Positions 37,861-47,288 of a stretch of 64,000 bases of DNA are shown piece by piece. Made by a program: the position numbers and the translations under genes. Position 1 is the stretch's first letter. Every line of letters begins with the position of its first letter. A model generated the notes under the pieces. It searched no databases. It was not told where the DNA came from and worked only from the letters and a program-made list of their open reading frames with translations. Source of the DNA: Blasia pusilla (lineage: Eukaryota); contig CM114271.1 of NCBI GenBank assembly GCA_050084515.1, positions 39,308,001 to 39,372,000 on the forward strand, written 5' to 3'.

Positions 37861-39150
37861 CTCTTCCTCCACTGCATACTATTTCGCCGCAATTTTGGAC
37901 CAAAAGCCTGCCAAAACAGCCATTAACCTCAAAATGTATCCTCTCAATTCATAATCGATTGACCACACAACTAATAAAATGCAATGTCCTCCTGCACACC
38001 CATCATTGCATTGAGAGCCCAGCGCTCAGACGAAGAAAATGCTCTCCAATTGAAGGGACCAGCTACATGATGAATGGTTTTGGAGGGAAGGCACAGAAAC
38101 CTATGAAGAGAGTTTGATGGTCACTTAATTCATACTGAAGATACCAACGAGACAAGTGGACTAAACCCTCTAGACTAGGCCATTCATTAATCCATATCTG
38201 AATGGACTACAAAATCACATTAGCAAAACCAGGGAGCAGTAAGTTCTAAGAATTCCAAATCTCTCCCCAACGTATTTTATCTTCCTAGTGATAGACTTGA
38301 GACTCAGTTTAGACTACAAATGAGGAATTTGGAGACTGATGGAATAATTCTTTGATGGATCCAAACACAACAAAAGAACACCAATTGGAGTTCACGCGCA
38401 CTTAAATTAATAGGAATTCCAAAAAGCTTTCAGGGACATACAACCCCAAAAAGAGCCTGATTACCATCCTCGAAGATCACAGTGCAAACCTCGGAATTGC
38501 AAAAAACCTTTGCAAGGACGAGAAGGAAACTGTGCAGTCATTGACACACAAGCGCCAAGAGAGGATAAACACGAATTTCGTCAAGGAGTGAAGTCTTTCC
38601 TTCCCTCACCCAACGACTGCAATTTGGCGGACTGATTGCTTCTAGGCTTGTTCTACTATTGTCTGCAATGTAGGAGACAACGGTTTGACCTGAATGCAAT
38701 TAAACTAGAAGCCATTACTCATATCACGCATATCGTTCTTCTAAACGAACAAGCCTTGCGAATAATTCTGTCCTCAACGGCTGCATGCCTTCTGGACAAG
38801 TGGAAGAGCAACGAATGTCTACCTCCCATACCTCGCACACGGAATTCAATCCCAACGATCTGAAACCGAGATGCGGGTGAAATCTTCCAACAGAGGATCC
38901 TCAGAAGTGTTAACAGTGAGAATGGATTTAGGGCTCTACTGACAAATAATCACTTTGAACAAGAGTGATTCTCACGGACTATGTGATTACTCGGTGGCAT
39001 GTGATGAGTAATCACCAAATCCCATGTGCAACGAGCAACGGGTGAGTCAGAAGTATCCTCAAAAAAGGTAGTCGTCGATTTGACTCATCAGAGTTCAGGT
39101 GGGACTCGTGAATGTTTCCATCCAAGGAAACAACGGACGTTTAGTGACCC

Positions 39151-39239
39151 GCGCTCAGTGGAAGAAGAAGTCGTTTTGTTATTCTCTCAAGGTACAGGTA
39201 CCAGTAGAGACATACCTCACGGCGGAATCATCATCGCGC
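39151..39239 (-). ncRNA. Box C/D snoRNA, snoR23-like, guiding 2'-O-methylation near the 18S rRNA 3' end
   Basis: Minus strand GCGC-G-ATGATGA...ACGACTTCTTCTTCC-A-CTGA-GCGC: box C, box D, 4-bp terminal stem, and a 15-nt guide complementary (one G-U pair) to the conserved plant 18S sequence GGAAGGAGAAGUCGU. Confidence 0.85.
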
Positions 39240-39346
39240 AGCACCCAAGACGACAGTAGATAACTTTAGACCTGACAATAAACTATTCTTCTGGAATGCT
39301 GTCGTCCCTATCTGACACAAACGTGCTCGGGACTCACACCCCACAA

Positions 39347-39471
39347 GTCTGTCTGGAATAGCGACATAATTCACAAAGAAACTTCGTGAACGAATTTCTC
39401 TGTTCCAGGGATAACTATCGAGGAGCAGGATTCAAAGCTTTCTCGTCTACTATTTCCTTCAATCTCCTCGA
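39347..39471 (-). ncRNA. Candidate snoRNA with an H/ACA-like two-hairpin layout
   Basis: Hairpin cgaggag..ctcctcg, linker ATAGTTA (imperfect H box), hairpin ctggaa..ttcacgaag/ctttgtgaa..ttccag, then ACA plus 3 nt; atgtcgctat is complementary to 25S rRNA AUAGCGACGU (one G-U pair). Confidence 0.45.
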
Positions 39472-39558
39472 ATACAAGGCCTACCGTATCACCGGACATG
39501 ACTTTTCAAGATTTAGTGGAGAAAATATACATAGAAGTATAACTTAAGGTGAATCGGA

Positions 39559-39677
39559 GTCTCACATATCCAAGGAGGTTCAAGCTGCATCAGTTCTCAA
39601 GCCCTGGCGGGGCATAAACTCTTGGCCGACCACTGCGAATGTTCTGAGAAACAAGCCTCGAGACTATCATCTCAGAC
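39559..39677 (-). ncRNA. U14: U14 box C/D snoRNA
   Basis: Minus strand aggcttgtttctcagaACATTCGCAGTgg..ccaagag..cgccagggcttgagaactgatgc..TCCTTGGATatGTGA: U14 domain A, plant-type middle domain and domain B; boxes are variant (GAGATGA, GTGA) with a gtc/gac stem. Confidence 0.85.
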
Positions 39678-40109
39678 GACAACTACAGAAAACCTTTCCT
39701 CCGGACGTCGGCCTCGCTCATTCCATAAAAAGCGCAGTGCTCTAAATGCGACTGCATCCCCAATCCTCTATCGACAAATCGAGCAAACCACGACATGGCC
39801 GCCCGTAACAAACTGGACAATCTACAAACCTCCTCCTTTCTCGAGTCTCCCGAAACGTCCAGCGTCAGACCCCTCTAGTCCCATTCAAGCACCAGGATCC
39901 AGGATTCCGCTCCCCGCTCGCATGTACACGATGACTGCTGCAATATCACGATCGTTCCGATTCCGTTCCTGCTCCTCGCCGACCCTCGACGACCACGGCA
40001 CCGAGTCCCCTCCTGCCTGAGCATGCATGCTCTCTGAGTACAGACAGGTCGGGGAAACGTTCGCCTTGAGTACGCTCCAGAGCTCTAGGGCCTCTCGGAA
40101 ACCTTAAGC

Positions 40110-40118
40110 TTAGGGTTT
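40110..40118 (-). promoter_or_regulatory. Telo-box (AAACCCTAA) upstream of the snoRNA/TIM22 unit
   Basis: ttagggttt on the + strand at the edge of the GC-rich leader; telo-boxes are typical of plant snoRNA and translation-machinery promoters. Confidence 0.5.
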
Positions 40119-40691
40119 GGGAGCGTAGCCCGGCCTCACATTTGATGTAAGGTGCCCGCAGGAAATAAAAACTTGTTTATGGAGTTCCTGCATGTGAACG
40201 GAATAATGATGTTGATACAAATAATAATTTTGTTGCAGAGTAGTATATATGAAATTTTTTTTCTATGTCCAAGTGTCGTGTCAAATAGGGAGGTGTTTGC
40301 AAATCAAAAAGGCACTCTCCAATAATAATATAGACTTTTGCGGTTAGCCTTGAGCCGTTTGATCTCCAAAGTGATGTTTAGATCCCTCTCAAACGCTTGG
40401 CAACCAAGCTTGGATGAAAAGTCTGCATTTATTTCATGCCATTGGCACTCATTAGCGATCTTATATTCTTGTAAAAGGGGACGGGAGTAGAGAAAACCTC
40501 CTATGAAATCTCTTCTACAAGCGTGCGGCTTAAGAGGGGGGAATTGGAGAGGAGAATTACTTATTATATTCATATGAAGACACTCGGATAAGTTGTAATA
40601 ATTAAATTAACAGGACCAAATTTAACATATGCCAAGAAATCTTCACCCACCCATGCTTGGAATGTTTCTTTTAGTCCGTCCTTTTTTACTG

Positions 40692-40755
<64 letters not shown>

Positions 40756-40778
40756 TAGATATATATATATATATATAT
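40692..40778. repeat. Compound (GATA)n(TA)n microsatellite
   Basis: About 16 GATA units followed by a TA run. Confidence 0.95.
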
Positions 40779-41705
40779 GCCTATTTGGTTTTTAAGAATG
40801 TGATCCAATCTTGTTCCGATAGGGATTCATCGTGTCCAATTTTCTTCCGATGGACAAAATGTTTGTCCAACGGATAATAGGTCTTGGGGTTAGTTTTCCT
40901 TATGTTCACTCACAAAATTAACCTAAATCCTACTAAAACCTTTACTTGCTCCCATTGCAACCCCTTGTAATCCCTTCTACCCTCTTAAAATTTTCCGATT
41001 ACTTTTATTCTCAATGGTCAAAACTACTGGTGGATATTATTTGGGCCGGATGATTTCCGATACTCTCTTTTTCCTGGCCGGTGACCCTTCCGTGAAAATA
41101 CCTTTCTGATTGGTAAAACCAGTTTAGGAACGGGCACCTTTGACAAAGAATGTCGGTTTTGTCCGAGCCTTGCACCCATGCGTAACATGAGCATTTTGCT
41201 AGTGTTTTGTAATAACATAGTTGGTGTCTCAATCTTAGAAGCTACAAAATATGGCAGCAATTCATAAATTAAACACATATTCACAAACTCCAAGGGATAA
41301 CTAGTGTGGCTTTCCCAGACATTCATTCATTCATATTTACTAATAAGCCCCAAAAGATAGTTGTACTCATCTCACTTAAGTCATCGGAGCAAATTGTATG
41401 AACATCACTAAATCCCCATAATCCACCAATACCATAGTGCGCTCGATGAACTCCTAAGCAGAGAGACCTCGGGCAAGATGGTAAAATACGTTCAAGGTAA
41501 GTTCGCCATAGGCAGAGGAGGAGGAAACGTCAACGGACCTATAAGAATCACTTAAAAATGAATGGCTAGATGCTATAGGGTTTGAGGAAGGGATGCAATC
41601 ATGTGGAAAAGGAGAGCAATTGAGAACAAAAGCTAAGAAAATCAATTATCTCTTTCTCAGCTCCTTCCTAGAATTACAAAGAGAGAGCCACATGCAAAGG
41701 AGTCT

Positions 41706-41741
<36 letters not shown>

Positions 41742-43557
41742 GAGAAGATTGTGTCTAGTTCTTGGAATTCATTTGCAGCGAGCTTGTACGAAGATTTTCT
41801 ATCACTCGATTCAGCAACATTGCATGGTGGAAGGTATGTGTAGTCCATCCAAAGCTTTATCTAAGAGGACTATTGCATTGATTTGGAGGGTTTTGTTCCT
41901 GAACCACACCATCCACAATACGAACGAGACACGAGCTACCTTGCAAATCCCCACTTCTCATAATCTTCACAAACCCACTCACTCACCTCATCACCTCACA
42001 GTGCATTCCGCAAGTAATTCAAACTAGGAATCACTTGCGGAATGCTCGGGAAGTTGTCTATCTAATGACGATAAGAGAAGCATTGAAATTCGATCAGTAT
42101 TTTGCAACCGAAACAAGTAAATGTGTGTGCCTATGGTGGCACTTATTTGAGAAAAATAGTGATTTCTTGAAAGATTTATGCCAAAACATTGGGATAACTA
42201 GACAATTTGACGTTTAATAACAACAAAGTGGATGGGAGAAGACAATAGCTGAATCACATAACCTCTCTCAACGATTGCTGATTTTCGATGGCAGACGACA
42301 ATAGCCAAACCACGGCCTCTCTCTCAAAAAATTCTGATTTTCTAGCACCCATCACGATGACATAGTTGAAATCCTATACAATTGCAAATTTTCATTTGCG
42401 CCAAATCAGAGATGCATTGGACTTGGGTAGGCTCGATGATGCAAGAGCAGAGAGCAGTAAAGAATAGAGAGAATAGAAAGGCGCTAACAGAAGAGAAATC
42501 GATAACTCTATCACCAATCGCTTAAACAAAGGGCCTAAAAAGCACCAAAAGTGCTTGCAAATTCTCTCGAGGCTGCTCTGTCCCTAATTTGCTTATGCTA
42601 ACAGTTCCACTTCAATTCCCTCCTCTGCTTAGTGGTAGCTGCCCCACTTCCGCTGCAATTCCACTCCCTCCTCTCTTAAAATGGTAGCTCTTCTACCTCC
42701 ACTTCCTTCTCCAAAGTAACTAAAGACCAAACTATTATTGGCACTCGAGCAAGAGGTGTGTTTCTATCAATAACAATATGAAGAAGCATTACTAACATTT
42801 TCTTGCTGCCCAATTGCCACTTTTCAAACTGAACTGAGCTTACAAATCAAGAAAACACTCTCCCATAATAATATAGATGAGGATAATAAATATGTTGTCC
42901 TCGACATCATACTTATTCCTGACGGGGGAATACATCGTCACCACAACAGCCTGGACTACCGTTAGGGCCAGCTCCCAGCATACCCTACGACAAAGCACGG
43001 GGTCAATGGTTATCTACAGTTCAAGGAGAAGATACAAGGAAAGGACTTGGAAATCTTTCAAAACTGGATGCAACGAGGAATCTTCAATTCTGTTAAAAAG
43101 GCAAAAGACCTCACCGTCAGCATTTTGATCTCAATGAGAAAACATCACTAAAACCACGGAATTTACACTCACTGTACATGTTCCTAAAACAATCCCACGT
43201 CCGAATCAAAGGTTTCCTATCCTTCAGTTGAGAAATTCTCCATCTGGGGCATTTCCAAACTTGTCAAAGACAGGAGTTGCTTCCAAGGCTTCACTTTTGA
43301 CGGCGTCTACGCAAGTCATGATGAGCCTTTACTGGAAATAGTTCCCGCTCAATCTAAACGGGGTTTCTTACTCGCTACCCAACTAGTACGGAGAAAAGCT
43401 AAGCTCTGCGAATGTTTAAGTGTGCAAAGAAGACAGCTCTGGAGCTTTACCTGATTCAACCCTTGAGAGGGAGAAATCTCTCATCTGCAGAGAGGTTAGC
43501 TTCACTTGAACTTGATCTCGGAATTACATCACCACATCACGTTACTCGCCATTGGTT

Positions 43558-46500
43558 TCACCGAGGCGAGAAGGGCGACATTTCAATGTTTCCTCGACTG
43601 TTCCGATTTTCTGTGCTCTTGCATTCGCCGACACTAAGGCCATCGCCAAAAGTTGTGCTGTCGTCGAGGGCAAATCCGGATAGCAACGGTATGGTACCTC
43701 GTGGTGAATCCGACCTTAACTCATCACAGGAAACCATGAAATCAGAGGTGCCATCAACCTCGCAGTAAAGGGCTTGTAGCTCTTTCCACACCTCATTCAT
43801 GGTCGGTCGGGCCTTGGATCGCAAGTCCACGCATCGTAAAGCCAGCCTTCCCACGTTCAGAATGGACTCCCTCCCCTTGCCATCTGGATCGTTGTAGGTG
43901 TCTGCAAGAACTGGATCGAGGATTTGCTGTAAATCATCACTCGGGATGCAGCGAGTAGCGAAATTCACGAGACTGGTGTCGTCTCCACCTCTTTCAAAGT
44001 CGAGTGCAGGCTTGGCTGAGATCAGCTCTAGGAGAACTACGCCGAAGCTATACACGTCGCTTTTGCCGGTGAGCTGGTAGCTGGTGTAGTACTCGGGATC
44101 GATGTAGCCCATGGTGCCCTGGACTGCAACAGTTGAGGCGTGGGTAGCTTCCACGGGAACCAACTTCGAGATTCCAAAATCTGACACCTTGGCATTCAGA
44201 TCGTTACTCAACAGAATGTTTGCCGACTTGACATCTCTGTGGTAAATGGGAAAATTGGCTGCCGAGTGAAGGTAATCCAGAGCATTTGCGGTTTGGACCG
44301 CAATCCGAAGGCGTTGTTTCCAGCTTAAGCGCTCTGCCTTTCTGCCACGAAGATGCTCTTGGAGTGTGCCGTTGGGAACGAATTCGAGGACCAACAGGGC
44401 AATCTTATTCTCCATACAGCAACCCAAGAGCTTTACGAGATGCCGGTGATTCACCTGGGACAAGATCCTTACCTCATTCAGAAATTGGTCCTTGTCTATC
44501 TCAGTCCCCTCGCGCTTGCTCCTCTTTATGGCCACCGTGGTTCCGTCATTGAGTTTGCCTAGAAAAACAGTCCCAAAGCCTCCCGCCCCTATCTGCGCGC
44601 TTTCTGCGAAGTTGTCTGTGGCCTTCCTTAGATCCCGAAGGGCCATCAGTGACGCCGTTTCCCTCTCCATCAATGTTTTGATCAAATCCGCATCCTGCTG
44701 ATGTCGTCGGGAGTACACTCTCCATCGCCAAGCCACGATCAAACAACTGCATATCGATATCGTCACAGCTCCCGCGACAATGATCAATAACACCCACCAT
44801 CTAACGCCTGTCCTCCGGATGATGGGCGGATCAATAATTGGGTTCGAGGGACAAGCAGGGAGAGGATCCCCGCAAAGTCCAACGTTACCAGCATAAAACC
44901 TAGGGTTGCGCAGGCTGCTGGTTGTTGGTATCGCAGGAAGGACTCCTGACAAATTGTTGTTCGAGACATCGATAACTGTCAGATTGGAGAGCATGACAAC
45001 ATTATCAGGAAGACGTCCTGTGACTTCATTATTAGACAAGTTCAAAATATGGAGCCCGCCGAACCACGTGTTGTTGAAAACCGCACCCGATATCTCGCCC
45101 TGCAGGTGGCTGTTGCTGAGATCCAGGACTTCGAGAACAGTATTGTAGCCAGACAAGTATTCAGCAGGTAAAGAAGTTCCCCGAAAATTGTTTCCTCCGC
45201 TACGAAACTCCCTCAGAACACCACCCATGAAATCTTCCAGGGTACTCCTCCAAGGATCAGGGTACTCTGTCGTGGTGCTCATGTGGAGATTGTTGTTGCT
45301 GAGGTCAAGGACTTCTAGTTTGTACGCAAACTTGCTCCAATTACCCACCATTCTCGTCAGATCTCCTGTGAACACATTGTTCTGAAACAGCATTTCCCTC
45401 GTATAAAAAAAACCCTGGCCATCGTACAGAATATCGATAATGTCTCCCGAGAAATTGTTGTTCTGAAGATACAGGTAGTAGATCAGGTTATTCTCGTTGC
45501 GGAGGAAGGGAATGGGTCCACTAAGTTGATTATGACTCAGATCCAAAACATCAAAAAACCATCTACCCCCTGCATTCGTGTGGATATTACCAGTAAGTAG
45601 ATTGTGGGACAAATTTAAAGAAACAACAGCCTGAGGACGTGAAGGTAATAACAAATCCGCAGGGATTTCGCCAGTGAGCTGATTTTGAGAGAGATCTAAC
45701 CAGAAGCTGTGATTTAACTGCCGAGCGAGGCCTACCGGGATCTTGCCTGACAATCGGTTGGCTGACATATTCAGGACCTCGAGATCCAGCATGTGTGCCA
45801 AACCGGGCGGGATCGGACCCTCTAGTTGATTCCCCGAGACAAACATGTGCTTCAGACTCCTCGAACTTGGAAATTGAGGATCTCCGAACTTCGTAAAGTT
45901 GTTCTTGTCAAGGTTCAAGTCCAGAAGATTGGTCAAGTTCGATAAGGGTAGGATGGCACCACTAAGCATGTTATTTGAAAGATCTAAGCTGACAAGACTG
46001 GTCAGTTCCTGAAACTGATCAGGAATGGAGCCAACAAGTTGATTGTGAGCAAGAGAGAGCACTTGCAAGTTAACCAATCCAGGCAGGCTTGGGATTGGAC
46101 CCTGCAGATTGTTCTGCTCAAGAGAGAGGTACCGCAGGCTCCGGCATTCATTGATAGTCGGTGGAATCTCGCCTACGAAGTTGTTGAATGAAAAGTCAAG
46201 TCGGATGACCTGAGTCAAATTTCCGACGGTGTCCGGAATTGTTCCGGTGCCCTCCGATGGTCCGAAATTGTTGTTTGACAGATCCAACTGCCGGAGATCT
46301 TTAAGATTGGACAAGATATCCAGACTCCATAGACGATAGAGTCCCCAACCCGAAAGATCGATCGCTTCCACAGTGAAATTGTCCGTGCAAGTCACCCCTA
46401 CCCAAGCACACGGATTCTTATCAGTCTCTTTCCAGCTACTCCAGAATCCCCTAGGTTCAAGCACAGTGCCTCCGCTTCCCCTCTGATCAACAACTTCTAG

Positions 46501-46647
46501 TGAGGATTTAAGGTACAGCAGAGTCTGAACTTCTTCGAACCGGTTCTGCGCCTGCACAAGAGTGAGAAACAAAAGCCACAAAAGAAACGCTGAAATCCAC
46601 CGAAACCATTTCGAAGCAGTGAACGAAAATGAAACAGCCGAAGCCAT
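43558..46647 (-). CDS. Intronless LRR receptor-like kinase with a WAK/WAKL-type kinase domain
   Basis: Uninterrupted ORF (first ATG at 46647): signal peptide, LRRNT cap WKETDKNPCAWVGVTC, many LxxLDLSxNxLxGxIP repeats, GNVGLCG cap, TM helix, RD kinase with IGAGGFGTVF, VAIKR, HRDVKSANILL, DFG, GTMGYIDPEY. Confidence 0.95.
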   Translation of the reverse strand: MASAVSFSFTASKWFRWISAFLLWLLFLTLVQAQNRFEEVQTLLYLKSSLEVVDQRGSGGTVLEPRGFWSSWKETDKNPCAWVGVTCTDNFTVEAIDLSGWGLYRLWSLDILSNLKDLRQLDLSNNNFGPSEGTGTIPDTVGNLTQVIRLDFSFNNFVGEIPPTINECRSLRYLSLEQNNLQGPIPSLPGLVNLQVLSLAHNQLVGSIPDQFQELTSLVSLDLSNNMLSGAILPLSNLTNLLDLNLDKNNFTKFGDPQFPSSRSLKHMFVSGNQLEGPIPPGLAHMLDLEVLNMSANRLSGKIPVGLARQLNHSFWLDLSQNQLTGEIPADLLLPSRPQAVVSLNLSHNLLTGNIHTNAGGRWFFDVLDLSHNQLSGPIPFLRNENNLIYYLYLQNNNFSGDIIDILYDGQGFFYTREMLFQNNVFTGDLTRMVGNWSKFAYKLEVLDLSNNNLHMSTTTEYPDPWRSTLEDFMGGVLREFRSGGNNFRGTSLPAEYLSGYNTVLEVLDLSNSHLQGEISGAVFNNTWFGGLHILNLSNNEVTGRLPDNVVMLSNLTVIDVSNNNLSGVLPAIPTTSSLRNPRFYAGNVGLCGDPLPACPSNPIIDPPIIRRTGVRWWVLLIIVAGAVTISICSCLIVAWRWRVYSRRHQQDADLIKTLMERETASLMALRDLRKATDNFAESAQIGAGGFGTVFLGKLNDGTTVAIKRSKREGTEIDKDQFLNEVRILSQVNHRHLVKLLGCCMENKIALLVLEFVPNGTLQEHLRGRKAERLSWKQRLRIAVQTANALDYLHSAANFPIYHRDVKSANILLSNDLNAKVSDFGISKLVPVEATHASTVAVQGTMGYIDPEYYTSYQLTGKSDVYSFGVVLLELISAKPALDFERGGDDTSLVNFATRCIPSDDLQQILDPVLADTYNDPDGKGRESILNVGRLALRCVDLRSKARPTMNEVWKELQALYCEVDGTSDFMVSCDELRSDSPRGTIPLLSGFALDDSTTFGDGLSVGECKSTENRNSRGNIEMSPFSPR

Positions 46648-47288
46648 TCTCTCCACCGTATAGCGCGCGCACCACCGGGCGGGGGCGGATTTCCAAGTGC
46701 AATAATAAAAGCCCCCACCGCTTTCACAGCAATCTAAGCAACATGGAATGGCTGAGCCTCGAGGGATCCTGGCTTTATATTACGAGGTAGCTGTTCTCAA
46801 CTTACAACTACCAACGATAGTCATGATGCTCATTCACTGACACCAAAACTATCTACCCTCTGGAGGCCAATTCACCGAGATTGCGGTCGGGAAAGTACAT
46901 CCCGGGAGCTCCACGACTGGATCCTCAAATTCATTAGAGTCACAATTTTTTTCTGCAAACTCTTACACGGCAACTGAAGATGGAGCCCGACTCACAGCCC
47001 TCCCCCGGGGCCATCCGACCTTCTTCAGTGAAAAGATCCGAGCGACGACTCACCAAGTCTCACTTTCATTGCTATTCAGACTCTGTTCAACCAGCTCCAT
47101 GAGTTGCCGATTACCTTTGGCGACCATCATCTTTTATCGGCATTGCACCGAGGTTCACTTTCATTGAACTATTAGGGCGTCTCAAACCAGTACCCTCAAA
47201 GCACGAGAAGGGTATCAGGGGCCGTAATTCTATCTTTTGTCGACGGAGCCGGGAAAGGGGGTTTCGGGCTTGTGAAATGTTCAACTCA

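Noticed and set aside
38067-38138. ATGATGA...CTGA pair on the + strand
   Set aside because: Opposite strand to the snoRNA cluster, weak terminal stem and no rRNA complementarity I could identify.
38920-38935. CCCTAAA on the minus strand as a telomerase RNA template
   Set aside because: It reads CCCTAAATCC, not a 1.5-repeat template, and no USE/TATA Pol III promoter is apparent.
39066-39091. Hammerhead-like CTGATGA-gtc-aaatc-gac on the minus strand
   Set aside because: It is followed by GACT rather than the required GAAA, and no stems I/III with a cleavage triplet are evident.
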